Shown here one piece after another: positions 1-12,700 of a stretch of 64,000 bases of DNA. Positions within the stretch are counted from its first letter, which is position 1; each line of letters starts with the position of its first letter. Source of the stretch: Macrostomum lignano. Lineage: Eukaryota. The stretch spans positions 62,001 to 126,000 of the forward strand of contig NIVC01002338.1 in assembly GCA_002269645.1 (NCBI GenBank), given 5' to 3'. Both the position numbers and the translations under genes were made by a program. Below the pieces are notes generated by a model that saw nothing but the letters and a program-made list of their open reading frames with translations, ran no database searches and had not been told where the DNA came from.

Positions 1-553
1 GCCCACTTACTGCTCCTTATCAGAACCTATTCAGAATTACGAACACGTAAGGAAAATATTTCAACCGGAAAAATTTCAATCTGCAATTAACAGAACTAAA
101 GAATAAGCTGATTATTATCTCAAAGACTAAACCAAAAAGTAAAAAATACAAAATGACGCATGAATCCAGCCTCCAGCATCCGCTGCAGGATGAAGCAGCC
201 AGCTTGTCCGCCCATCCTAGCTGCTGTCGCTGTTTTGTACTCCTATTTTTTCACAATAAATTACTGATGACATTCCATACAAACTGGAAATACAACTGGC
301 CTCAGCTGTTAAGGGGAACTGCTGCTTATAAAATTTTTCTGTATCTTGAAAGCTGCGAAACTTACATCCAAAGTGCAAGCAAGCCATGCACTTTTCTGCT
401 TTCGAATTTTCTTCCCTCGCGGAGAGATTTTCTTCCCTTCCCTTGCATCCGGGGTCTGAGTGTAAAAAATATCTAGAGGTTTGTTGTGCAATTCAAACTC
501 ATGAGGGCCATACATGCGCAACTTTGGGAATCACCCGGCTGTTTCTATTGGTA

Positions 554-592
554 ACACACACACACACACGCACACACACACACACACACACA
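554..592. repeat. (CA)n microsatellite
   Basis: Near-perfect CA dinucleotide run. Confidence 0.9.
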
Positions 593-603
593 TGTAAGTC
601 GCT

Positions 604-627
604 ATTGGCCGAGAGAAGTCACGTGAC
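604..627 (-). promoter_or_regulatory. Solo CCAAT-box + E-box composite, same arrangement as the 39-bp array at 29.6-29.9 kb
   Basis: ATTGG (604-608), 11-bp spacer, then CACGTG (620-625) within GTCACGTGAC. Function is not demonstrated. Confidence 0.35.
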
Positions 628-1194
628 TACTATTCTGTCGGTGCCAACTAATCTGCGGAAACGGATGTGGATACGGAACGGATTTCGCATACTAAAATGC
701 GGATACAGATGCAGATTACTATTTTGCGGAATCAATGCGGATATTAATAGCAGATGCAGAAAATCTACAGATTTAGTTCTGTCAAAACATTGATTCATAT
801 TCTGCTTTATATCTAGTTCTACTTACTTTTAGATAATGTTTTTCTTATTTAAATTTGAACTATAAAGACTTGAACTATTTTGAATCCAAACTTAAACTTT
901 ACACACTTGTGATCTCTGGAAGTACACATGTTATGTACGTACATTTTTCTATTATATCTAGCGACAAAAATAACTTCAAACCTAATCAAATTTCTTATTT
1001 TCTACTATCAGTAGCGTATCTCGGAGCAGCTTTACTTTTGAAAACAGAGAAAATAATTTTCCATCATTAATTCACAATAAATTTAAATGAGAACAATTTA
1101 TCTGAAAATAGGGCCTAAACAGAAACAGAAATATGTCCCACTTTGCAATTGGAAGGACAAAATGTCAAGAAGAGTTCACAACCCTCCAACTCAC

Positions 1195-1561
1195 CTACAG
1201 GCGCGCTATCGAACACCCTCAAATCGTAGGCGCCCTGGTATCCAACCCGATAATTAGTCCGCGACCCATTGTCCCATTGTACAAAAACTGTTTTCTCTGG
1301 CCCGCTGCTGTTATAGCTGCTACTGTGATTCACGCTTGAAGATGAAGCTGAGTTTGATGCTGCTGCTGATGTAGCAGATTTCGAGCTACCAGTCAGCCTG
1401 GAAGCTGTCGCTGCCAGATCAGCCGAAGCCGCCACAGCAGTTGAAGACACCGATTTGCCAATTTCCACAACTGTACCAACTGAACCCTCGCCGCCGTCCT
1501 GATCCTGCCATTTCCAGTTGGGACCGCGGACCACACGCAGACCAATTTGAAGCAGAAGCAT
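1195..1561 (-). CDS. MIB2: Mind bomb 2-like E3 ubiquitin ligase, first coding exon (N-terminal MIB/HERC2 domain); gene continues left of the window
   Basis: ATG at 1561; IGLRVVRGPNWKWQDQDGGEGSVGTVVEIG...TVFVQWDNGSRTNYRVGYQGAYDLRVFD matches the MIB_HERC2 motif of Mind bomb proteins. Phase-1 donor GTGAGT at 1194 falls where the ZZ finger would follow. MIB2 versus MIB1 is a judgement from memory. Confidence 0.8.
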
Positions 1562-3235
1562 GGCAAGAGTTTCACTCTGTCTTCTGCTTTTTCTCTTCCT
1601 GATCAGTCAGTTTTCTGAGTCACAGTGCTTAAATATAAACAGTTGATACTGGCTCTAGAGTTCTACAATAACCAAAAATTCCCCATATCTAAATCTTTGT
1701 AGTCTTTAACCATTTATAATTTTTTGCATAGCCTATCTATAACAATATACATAGCTAATTAATTTAACTTAATTCCTATAACTGTTTATGACATTGATTC
1801 ACTCATTAACAATGCCTCATTTATTTATTGTACAAGAATTGCTAAACTGTATTCATCTTAACTTTGGCCCCGACTAGCCCCAACCAAACAATATATGCAC
1901 ATGGGCATGGCATTGAAAATATTTATTGCTTAAGTCTCTAAACCTAGTAGTGATTTATAGTTTCATTCACAAAAGCTTTAAAACTACCAACATTCATTCA
2001 TTTTTATTGCTCTACCTTGCACGCATAATATCAAGAGATTGAATGGTCTTTTTAAAGTCTTGACTTAGTTATTTAGTGGCTAATACTATTAAGCATAGTA
2101 ACTAGATATAAGAAATGTTCCTATAAGTCCTAACATTATTAATATATTTTATTTAAAAACTCATATCTCTATGAATAGCCAAAGCAAAACTTTAATTGGC
2201 TTTCTGAATTGCAACTAATCTAAAATACTAATTGAAAATAAATGTTTTAATTGCCAAAAAGTAAATCATATTAAATATTAAACATGGTGCCTACCTATAC
2301 ATAGATTGAGACAAATCATATTTAATTTAGTGAATAGTTTATAAATTTATTTAGATGATATCATGTATGGCACTGTATATCTTTATAACTATAAATTAAA
2401 CTTATATACTAATAGGTAGCAGCATTAATATTATATTTATTAAGACATCAAAGTTTAGTTTTATATATAGAGGGACTAGGCCCCTATAATATAGTAGCAA
2501 TATAAGTACTCTAGCAAAGCAAAAGAGGGAAAAGGTTTCTAGCTTATAGACACAGTGTTTATTTTTTTTTAGGCCTAACTATGGCTTGGGAATCTATGGA
2601 ATATGACAACAACTACTATATTTCTATAGTTGTAGCCATAAGAGCAGCTATCTACCATATATATATATCTGCAGTTGCTATAGACACTTATTTTTATTAT
2701 ATTTGCCTAGATCCCATAGGCATAGCCATAGCTAGGCCTATGGCAAAACATTAAATGGACTAAAAAAGAAACATTAAATTATAGTATTATTTTGTATTGA
2801 ACCAAAATGAACTAAAATATTAACATATATTAGGCCTATTCAAAGTAATAAGTTGAAGTTCTCTTGTAAATAATATGGCTATGGCTAGGGCCTATGGGTG
2901 TTGAAAACATTAGGCCTATCATAATTTTCTTTTTAGTAGTTTGGCCAAATTTTGATTTTAGAAGGCTTTATTATTGTAAGATTATATATATAGTTCATAA
3001 TATACTTTAACTAGGCCTATCTAATCTACCCTAATTTGCATTTTATTTAAAGTTAATAAAACCAATAATTCATTCTGCTATTAACCATTCTGTTATGGAT
3101 TCCACATTTTAATATATTATTCTATTCTGATTCCATTGTAGATTTCGCATTTTATTAAGTGCCCTAAATAGTTTTTAAGAAAAGATAGCCATATCAAAAG
3201 CCTAGTCTAGAAATCTAGATCCCCTTGCCCTGGCC

Positions 3236-3795
3236 GGTAATCTTTCCTTACCCGACCGTAAATTATTTTCGGCTTCCTGTTTCAGTTTCTTTTAATTTTT
3301 TGGCTGAAGTTGTGTATATTTGTGGGGCGCACATTTTAAGAAAAGAAAAAAATGTTTTTAATTTTAGATTTTTTAATTTTTTAATAATTTTTCTCAAAAA
3401 TTATTTCTCATGTCTTTAACGTGTTTTCTGCATCCTTTTAGCAATGCCACTGTCAACCACTCCCTCAACTTCGTCAACCCTGCGGACCCAACTGTGCACA
3501 CCCAGAACATCGAGAGAACGTGGGGTCATGTCAAGGCCAAGCTAAGACGGATGCGTGACATGTCGGGCACACTCTTTGACACTTACCTCCAGGAGTTTAT
3601 CTGGAAGTGCCATTGGGGAGGAGAGCATCATTTTGAAAATTTCATTTACTGGGTCTGGCACTACTACCCATGCTGACTTTTACCCATGCTAACTTTTAGT
3701 TTTTACCGTAAGCCTATAAAAATATTTACATTTTAAATATAAAAAATTCGAAAAAACTTAGAAAATAATTTACAGTCAGGTAAGGAAAGATTACC
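3236..3795 (+). mobile_element. Non-autonomous Merlin (IS1016/IS1595-like) DNA transposon with a C-terminal transposase fragment (about 3444-3676)
   Basis: About 34-bp TIRs GGTAATCTTTCCTTACCCGACCGTAAATTATTTT (2 mismatches); 8-bp TSD CCCTGGCC (3228-3235, 3796-3803). Peptide TVNHSLNFVNPADPTVHTQNIERTWGHVK...YLQEFIW is typical of the DDE_Tnp_IS1595 C-terminus. Confidence 0.9.
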
Positions 3796-4027
3796 CCCTG
3801 GCCCCTGGCCTTATTTATGTTAGAAATTTTTTGACATAAAGTTGAATATTTACAATTGGGAATTTATATACTTAATGCTATATGGCTATATGCTAGGCCC
3901 TAGTCTAAGTCTACTATAAATTCAAATTGAAAAGAAAGCCTTGGCTATTGGCATCTAGGCCTAGCTAGGGCCTATCCACATCTTAAAGCATAAACAGGCA
4001 AGGTATGAGTGGAAAAACCCCCAACTC

Positions 4028-4155
4028 CATACCAACACCATTGAAGGGAGATGGGGAAACTGCAAGGCGAAGTTCTGATTCTGAGCAATGCATGGGACAT
4101 CTAATGCTGCAATGCACTGTTTGAGAGCCACCTGCAGGAGTACATCATGTACATG
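4028..4155 (+). pseudogene. Decayed Merlin transposase C-terminal fragment
   Basis: HTNTIEGRWGNCKAKF**AMHGTSNA, then a frameshift, then LFESHLQEY. It parallels the 3444-3676 peptide but carries stops and a frameshift; no termini found. Confidence 0.7.
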
Positions 4156-6428
4156 TGGTGTCAACAGTTCAATGGCACCACTTTGGGAACATCCTATACT
4201 GGATTAGCCAATACTATCCACTGTAGTGCGACTGACTGACTAGCTTCTTGTATCGTATTTTCTTTTTTTGTTATTAGGGCCTATGCTCATGTCTGTTGCG
4301 CCATTCAAACTCGTTTTATAATACTGTATAATATTGCGTTAGGGCCTAAAATAATTTAACGCGGGAAACTGAAAGATCGCCATCTCATTAACATAGCCTC
4401 ACGAGACCGTGAAGAGAGAAGACACAGAAAAAAACAGACAATTACTGTCTTCGAAATCTTAATATCTTATTAAAGTGAGCTGCTTTAGAGAGCATCTCAA
4501 ACAAGAAGCTAGCTTGCATGCCGCTTCAAGAGTTCGAGATCGTTTTCCGTTTGAACTACGACTAAAAAGCGACTAAATAACAAAGAAGTCAATAAAACAG
4601 AGAAAAGGAAAATTATAAAAGTGTTCTAAAATTTTGTTTGCTGAATTCTTACGCATGATAAAAATGTTTTTTTATTTTTTTTCGTGGTCTCTTTTAGTAA
4701 TGTGTGTACATTTGCTTAGCTGTGTCAACGATTTTTGTCGGGTTTTTCCACTGATTTCTAAGTTTACCCTCAGCCATGGAGAGAATTAAAAATTTAGTGC
4801 AAGCTGTCATTCACCAATATGTTCATGTTTATTTTTTCTTTGAACTATAATTTGTTCCTTAAAATAAATTTCGTTCGCGACACGCAACTTTTGTAAGCAA
4901 GTTGGTACGAGCTCGTACATGTACGCTTCAGCAAATAAGAATTTCGATGCCTGGATTACGTATTTAAGGCACTGCCCATGCCACTGTCCCATTGTCTAGC
5001 ATATTGCTTTAACGTACTCAGCCAGCTGTCGATAAGAAACAACTTTTGGCAGTCCAGAATCAACGTTTGCTTTAATTTCTTTAGATTTTAAACTACAGAT
5101 TGACATTCTCATGTAAATGGTTTTTTCCGAAGCTATGGCATTAATTTAGCTATATCAGAAAAATAAAGTCGAAATAAATCAATAAAATCGATAGTTCCAT
5201 GCAAATTTGACAACTAATATTTTACAACCAAGGAATACGAAACGAATATTGATAGATGTGCTCAGAATTCAGAAAGTGCTGCAAGACATCCAGAATAATT
5301 ATTTTATTTACTTAACATAACACATATTGTACAAACATGGTAACTAAAGAATTTTTTACGACTGGCTACTATATTTCATAAAATAGAGACCAGAGTGACG
5401 TAATTGTAGCTCTAAGAAAATAGCATCAAAAAATGCCTCTGTTAAATAGTTTTATATCAAAACAAAAAAATGTTCGTACAGATAACCATCATTATCGGCA
5501 TCCATAATAAGAGCGTGGATGACCATTCGCTTTGTTATTTTTAAACTAGTAACAATAATTGAACACTGGGACTAGCGAGAATAACAATTGAATACTTTGA
5601 GTGTTGAATAATAGGAGACAGATAATGACAAACATTACTGTAGGTAACCTCATGAAAGCAACAAATAAAGATAACACGCGTAAGACGCAATAATATTGCA
5701 AATCATATCCTATCACTGACCATATAACTAATGTAGTGAAATATTTGAAAGATTAGCAAATCAATTCTGTACAAACTCATGACAGAATTCATTATCACCA
5801 CACCGATCAAACTGTGGTGAAATAACTAGATGGGCCACTCACGCATATATACTAGTTAAACAGCTTTCTACTTTCATATCAGTAGCAAATAGGAATACAT
5901 AAGCTATTTTATTAAATAAAAATAAAGGCAGCTGATATGACTTGACCTGATATGATATGCAAAAGGTTGCAGGCGTAAGCAACTTGCTAATTGGTTCAGC
6001 AGTAATGTACATTAGCCAGTCCACTGAAATGTACATGGCAGATTTAGGCTGGAATTCCGAGAAAGGCAATAAAAATTTTGGGCAGGGCGGGGTAGTGTGG
6101 AGGGCGCCGTTGGAGGGTTTAGACGGGGGTAAGAGCCAATAAATGAGCCTTGGCTTTAAAAATACATTAAAATGCTTCTCTATAACTTGCTACTGAACTG
6201 AAAGTAGCTTAAACGCAAATTTGCTGAGTGGCCCATCTACTGTAGTTATCACAAAAATTTTCTACCGTAAGCTTTAATTTTTTGCAGCTACTTTGCAGTC
6301 CAAATTCTACAAGAAACCAATGTAGTTTATGTAAAGCACTGAGTCAGTTGAAACACAAACCAAACAATATTAGCGAAAAGAACAAATCCGTGGTTATTTG
6401 GGCGACTCTGCGTGTAGAAGAAACGCGA

Positions 6429-6596
6429 TTAGCGAAGAAATATTTGAGCATAGTCAGATATTAGCAGCTGGGCAAAACAGTTAATTGGCTTCATAACGGT
6501 CAGCGAAGCCTGCTGGCGAGACCAGATTAAATTGGGGCCAAAAACGATGCCCAGGTTTACTGCCGTCATTTTGTTTTTCGATGCGTTCTCAGCCAC
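6429..6596 (-). CDS. ARHGAP1: ARHGAP1/8-like RhoGAP, last coding exon
   Basis: Acceptor CTGCAG, phase 0; VAENASKNKMTAVNLGIVFGPNLIW...IFLR* (RhoGAP C-terminal motif); TAA at 6429-6431. Confidence 0.9.
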   Translation of the reverse strand: MAENASKNKMTAVNLGIVFGPNLIWSRQQASLTVMKPINCFAQLLISDYAQIFLR

Positions 6597-6789
6597 CTGC
6601 AGTTTGAATGATAATATTAATATTCGATATTTAATAACGATCGCATACAGTACTACTCATCGACTGACACACAACTAATGATAGAATATTTTGCAACAAA
6701 ATTGTAAAAAGAAGAGACAATCAGAAGTGGGATAAGAGACAAAATCAGAGGGATGAGATCAGAGGGGTGAGATTAAACTAATTGCCGGA

Positions 6790-7490
6790 CCAGACTTAAC
6801 TACAGGGTTGAGATAAAAGGGGTGAAATCACCGAAGAGATCAGAGGGTGAGATTAGAGGAGAGATTAGAGGGGATGAGAGAGATCAGAGGGGTGAGATTA
6901 GAGGGCATGAGAGAGATCAGAGTGGTGAGATTAGAGGTTGAGATTACAGGGGTTGAGATCAGAGGGTTCAGACCGGAGGGGTGAGATTACAGAGGGGTTG
7001 AGACTAGAGGGGTGAGATTACAGAGGGGTTGAGACTAGAGGGGTGAGATTACAGAGGGGTTGAGACTAGAGGGGTGAGATTACAGAGGGGTTGAGATCAG
7101 AGGGGTGAGATTACAGAGGGGTTGAGACTAGAGGGGTGAGATTACAGAGGGGTTGAGATCAGAGGGGTGAGATTACAGAGGGGTTGAGATCAGAGGGGTG
7201 AGATTACAGAGGGGTTGAGATCAGAGGGGTGAGATTACAGAGGGGTTGAGATCAGAGGGGTGAGATTACAGAGGGGTTGAGATCAGAGGGGTGAGATTAC
7301 AGAGGGGTTGAGATCAGAGGGGTGAGATTACAGAGGGGTTGAGATCAGAGGGGTGAGATTACAGAGGGGTTGAGATCAGAGGGGTGAGATTACAGAGGGG
7401 TTGAGATCAGAGGGGTGAGATTACAGAGGGGTTGAGACTAGAGGGGTGAGATTACAGAGGGGTTGAGATCAGAGGAGAGATCAGAAGGGA
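6790..7490. repeat. 31-bp G-tract minisatellite (GAGATTACAGAGGGGTTGAGATCAGAGGGGT), intronic
   Basis: About 17 near-perfect units from about 6960, with degenerate units before. Confidence 0.9.
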
Positions 7491-7596
7491 TGAATCAAAA
7501 TTCAAAGGAGATTAGATGGAAGCAGAGATGTTGGGGGAGAGATGAGAATGAAAGAGCAGCATAACGGCAGTTAGGCGGTAGGGCAGTGAGCCTCAC

Positions 7597-7832
7597 CTCT
7601 GACAGGAAGTGCACAATATAATTGAGCAGATCGTAATTATCGTCAGGCAGCTGGTTGCTGACCAGCTCCGCGGCGTGGCCGACTTTCTGCTTAGCCGGCA
7701 GGCTGTGATTCTCAATCACGGCGTCGTACAGCTCAAATGTGAGCAGCGGCTCGGCCAGCTCGCGGAGGAAAGTTTTCAACAGTACAGCGGCCAGGTGCGG
7801 ATCGGCGAGGTCGCGGAATTCCACAGATTCGC
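7597..7832 (-). CDS. ARHGAP1: ARHGAP1/8-like RhoGAP exon
   Basis: Acceptor TACAG, phase 1; ESVEFRDLADPHLAAVLLKTFLRELAEPLLTFELY...FLSE; donor GTGAGG at 7596. Confidence 0.92.
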
Positions 7833-7913
7833 CTGTACGGCAAAAAGGGGAAATTTTCCCAAGAGAGTTGTTGATTCAGTTTGCAAATGCCGCGAGTCAG
7901 GTCATTGTCAGGC

Positions 7914-8217
7914 CAAGGACTACTTAAGTAGAAGGACGGGAAACTACGTTTCTTAGAAAATGTTAAGGAGGCCTGGTTTTTGCCTAAAGCTACACTACGG
8001 AGATAGGAACTCTTCACTTTTTTTTCACATTAAATTTGTTATTGCTTTCGATAGCTAGGAGGCAGACCCAATGTTTATCTTTTGACCCGGCATTGTATCC
8101 TACATATCCTGTGCCTAAAAACTATTAAAATGGAACTTCCTATCTCCGTAGCGTATTTTTTGGCGAAAATCAGCCTCCTTAACATTTTCTAAGAAACGTA
8201 GTCTTAACTAGTCCTTG
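7914..8217. mobile_element. MITE with long imperfect TIRs, P-element-like termini
   Basis: Ends CAAGGACTA...TAGTCCTTG; about 95-bp inverted arms (7914-8010 vs 8135-8217); 8-bp TSD TGTCAGGC (7906-7913, 8218-8225). The superfamily call rests only on the CA terminus and the 8-bp TSD. Confidence 0.8.
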
Positions 8218-8477
8218 TGTCAGGCATGTACACTCTGCTTTGGAGTTTGGCCCTCATAGCTGGGAAATTGTGTTACAAATCCTAGGTTAACGCGAAATCG
8301 ATAGGTAATATATCGATTGGCGATTTATGAGTCGAACGAGTCATTTTTTGAACTATTGCTCCAGCACTACTACTAGTAGGAACGACGGGACAGCCTTTTT
8401 TCTAAGAAAATCTCGCTTCAAAGCATGAGTAAAATGTCGTTTTCTACGAAACTAATTAATCGAATCGAGCTTCTCAC

Positions 8478-8629
8478 CTTTATTGTACTTTTCTTGAACC
8501 TCTCGCACCAGAGTGACTGAGCAGGACCGCCTGAATATGCCTTCGACATCCAGGCAGCAGTCGCGCAGGTACGTGACGGTGTGCTCAACTACGGGACAGA
8601 TGACGCTACCGGCGTTGTAGTGCTTGATG
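8478..8629 (-). CDS. ARHGAP1: ARHGAP1/8-like RhoGAP exon containing the arginine finger
   Basis: Acceptor CCCAG, phase 2; IKHYNAGSVICPVVEHTVTYLRDCCLDVEGIFRRSCSVTLVREVQEKYNK; donor GTGAGA at 8477. Confidence 0.92.
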
Positions 8630-8956
8630 CTGGGCGGGGAACGAGGAGGGAAGATGAGTTGAGGTTCGAATGCTCGACTCCAGTGAAACAGCCAACAAAT
8701 TCAAGCCCAACAAATCACGTCTGATAACAGCAGGCCTAGCACTGCATGCATACAGCTTAGGCGATTCTGGGATCTTACTATAACGAGTACCACATCCAGC
8801 ATACAGGAACCAAAAACCTTTGTAGAAGACAACTTATTACATATTACATTTTCTAGCTCCTTATGTTCACATTAAGCTTAGGAAGTGTGATAAATGAGAG
8901 CTAGAACCAGTGAATAAATTGATAAATATATCGCTAGAAATGTGAGGATGATGAGG

Positions 8957-9034
8957 AGACAGACAGACAGACACACACACAGACAGACAGACAGACAGAC
9001 AGACAGAGAGACCCACAGACAGAAAGACACACAC

Positions 9035-9079
<45 letters not shown>

Positions 9080-9086
9080 GAGACCC

Positions 9087-9151
<65 letters not shown>

Positions 9152-9164
9152 TAGACAGACACAC

Positions 9165-9205
<41 letters not shown>

Positions 9206-9218
9206 TAGACAGACACAC

Positions 9219-9257
<39 letters not shown>

Positions 9258-10018
9258 CACAGACAGACAGACAGACAGACACACAGACAGACACACAGAC
9301 AGACACACACACAGACAGACACACAGACAGACACACAGACAGACACACAGACAGACACACAGACAGACACACAGACAGACACACAGACAGACACACAGAC
9401 AGACACACACACACACAGACACACAGACAGACACACAGACAGACACACAGACAGACACACACACAGACAGACACACAGACAGACACACAGACAGACACAC
9501 AGACAGACACACACACAGACAGACACACAGACAGACAGACACACAGACAGACAGACACACACACACACAGACAGACACACAGACAGACACACAGACACAC
9601 AGACACACAGACAGACACACAGACAGACAGACAGACACACACACAGACAGACACACAGACACACAGACAGACACACAGACAGACAGACACACAGACAGAC
9701 ACACAGACAGACACACAGAAAGACACACACACAGACAGACACACAGACAGACAGACACACAGACAGACACACACACAGACAGACAGACACACAGACAGAC
9801 ACACACACAGACAGACACACACACAGACAGACACACAGACAGACAGACACACACACACACACACACAGACAGACACACAGACAGACACACACACAGACAG
9901 ACACACACACAGACAGACACACACACAGACAGACACACACACAGACAGACAGACAGACACACAGACAGACAGACACACAGACAGACAGACACACAGACAG
10001 ACACACAGACAGACACAC
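8957..10018. repeat. Compound (CAGA)n/(CA)n microsatellite, about 1.06 kb, starting directly at a splice donor
   Basis: Direct inspection; accounts for the CLSV/CVSV ORFs. Confidence 0.95.
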
Positions 10019-10022
10019 TCAC

Positions 10023-10172
10023 TGCTGCAGGCTGACTCCAAACTGAGTAGTGGGCAGCGGGTTGGCGGCCAGCCCCCCGACCCCGAGGCCGCCGCTGGCG
10101 CAGCCGAGCTCCTCAGAGCTGGCATAGTGAGACGAGCCGGTCCGGCTGCCCGAACGCAAAGAATCGTCGTAT
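10023..10172 (-). CDS. ARHGAP1: ARHGAP1/8-like exon (linker between BCH and GAP domains)
   Basis: Acceptor CCACAG, phase 2; YDDSLRSG...[13 protein letters not shown] (compare the ARHGAP1 PLPNQQFGVSL motif); donor GTGAGT at 10022. Confidence 0.88.
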
Positions 10173-10444
10173 CTGTGGATTTTCGATGAAAGAAAGACTT
10201 TTTAGTTTCTGCGTATATTGCCGACTGAGTCAAGAAACTACAAAATGCTTCAAGCGCACATGCCAGTGTAGCCAATGCTGATATTCAAAATCAAAATTCA
10301 GCATTGTATGAGTGTAAAAAGCATTCACTGTGTTGTCAAGGCATATATTAACACTCGGGGCAAGCTTTAGTTAAAAAAGATCGAATACCTTATGAGTTTT
10401 TGACATTGCCTATACGAAAATATTTGTAAGATACAAGGCACTAA

Positions 10445-12700
10445 ATTCTAGACAATAACTACTGAATTGAGGACAATGGCTACCGAATTGAGGACAATGG
10501 CTACCGAATTGAGGACAATGGCTACCTAATTGAGGACAATGGCTACCGAATTGAGGACAATGGCTACCGAATTGAGGACAATGGCTACCGAATTGAGGAC
10601 AATGGCTACCGAATTGAGGACAATGGCTACAGAATTGAGGACAATGGCTACAGAATTGAGGACAATGGCTACAGAATTGAGGACAATAACTACAGAATTG
10701 AGGACAATGGCTACAGAATTGAGGACAATGGCTACAGAATTGAGGACAATGGCTACAGAATTGAGGACAATAACTACAGAATTGAGGACAATGGCTACAG
10801 AATTGAGGACAATGGCTACAGAATTGAGGACAATGGCTACAGAATTGAGGACAATGGCTACAGAACTGAGGACAATGGCTACAGAATTGAGGACAATGGC
10901 TACAGAATTGAGGACAATGGCTACAGAATTGAGGACAATAACTACAGAATTGAGGACAATGGCTACAGAATTGAGGACAATGGCTACAGAATTGAGGACA
11001 ATAACTACAGAATTGAGGACAATGGCTACAGAATTGAGGACAATGGCTACAGAATTGAGGACAATGGCTACAGAATTGAGGACAATGGCTACAGAATTGA
11101 GGACAATGGCTACAGAATTGAGGACAATGGCTACAGAATTGAGGACAATGGCTACAGAATTGAGGACAATGGTTACAGAATTGAGGACAATGGCTACAGA
11201 ATTGAGGACAATGGCTACAGAATTGAGGACAATAACTACAGAATTGAGGACAATGGCTACAGAATTGAGGACAATGGCTACAGAATTGAGGACAATGGCT
11301 ACAGAACTGAGGACAATGGCTACAGAATTGAGGACAATGGCTACCGAATTGAGGACAATGGCTACCGAATTGAGGACAATGGCTACCGAATTGAGGACAA
11401 TGGCTACCGAATTGAGGACAATGGCTACCGAATTGAGGACAATGGCTACCGAATTGAGGACAATGGCTACCGAATTGAGGACAATGGCTACCGAATTGAG
11501 GACAATGGCTACCGAATTGAGGACAATGGCTACCGAATTGAGGACAATGGCTACAGAATTGAGGACAATGGCTACAGAATTGAGGACAATGGCTACAGAA
11601 TTGAGGACAATAACTACAGAATTGAGGACAATGGCTACAGAATTGAGGACAATGGCTACAGAATTGAGGACAATAACTACAGAATTGAGGACAATGGCTA
11701 CAGAATTGAGGACAATGGCTACAGAATTGAGGACAATGGCTACAGAATTGAGGACAATGGCTACAGAATTGAGGACAATGGCTACAGAATTGAGGACAAT
11801 GGCTACAGAATTGAGGACAATGGCTACAGAATTGAGGACAATGGTTACAGAATTGAGGACAATGGCTACAGAATTGAGGACAATGGCTACAGAATTGAGG
11901 ACAATAACTACAGAATTGAGGACAATGGCTACAGAATTGAGGACAATGGCTACAGAATTGAGGACAATGGCTACAGAACTGAGGACAATGGCTACAGAAT
12001 TGAGGACAATGGCTACCGAATTGAGGACAATGGCTACCGAATTGAGGACAATGGCTACCGAATTGAGGACAATGGCTACCGAATTGAGGACAATGGCTAC
12101 CGAATTGAGGACAATGGCTACCGAATTGAGGACAATGGCTACCGAATTGAGGACAATGGCTACCGAATTGAGGACAATGGCTACCGAATTGAGGACAATG
12201 GCTACAGAATTGAGGACAATGGTAACAGAACTGAGGACAATAACTACAGAATTGAGGAGAATGGTAACAGAACTGAGGACAATAACTACAGAATTGAGGA
12301 GAATGGTAACAGAACTGAGGACAATAACTACAGAATTGAGGACAATGGCTACAGAATTGAGGACAATGGCTACAGAATTGAGGACAATGGCTACAGAATT
12401 GAGGACAATGGCTACAGAATTGAGGACAATGGTTACAGAATTGAGGACAATGGCTACAGAATTGAGGACAATGGCTACAGAATTGAGGACAATGGCTACA
12501 GAATTGAGGACAATGGCTACAGAATTGAGGACAATGGCTACAGAATTGAGGACAATGGCTACAGAATTGAGGACAATGGTTACAGAATTGAGGACAATGG
12601 CTACAGAATTGAGGACAATGGCTACAGAATTGAGGACAATGGTTACAGAATTGAGGACAATGGCTACAGAATTGAGGAGAATAAATACCAAATCTTGGAT
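10445..12700. repeat. 21-bp minisatellite (GAATTGAGGACAATGGCTACA), about 105 units, with a 672-bp higher-order duplication
   Basis: Regular 21-bp period; rare variants recur at 672-bp spacing (11169/11842, 11305/11977). Confidence 0.95.

Noticed and set aside
309-521. ORF as the second Mind bomb exon
   Set aside because: It lacks the ZZ-finger cysteines expected next, and no convincing in-phase acceptor was found despite a GTAAGT near 366.
8867-10275. Long CLSV/CVSV ORFs
   Set aside because: Microsatellite translations. The real exon at 10023-10172 is in a different frame.
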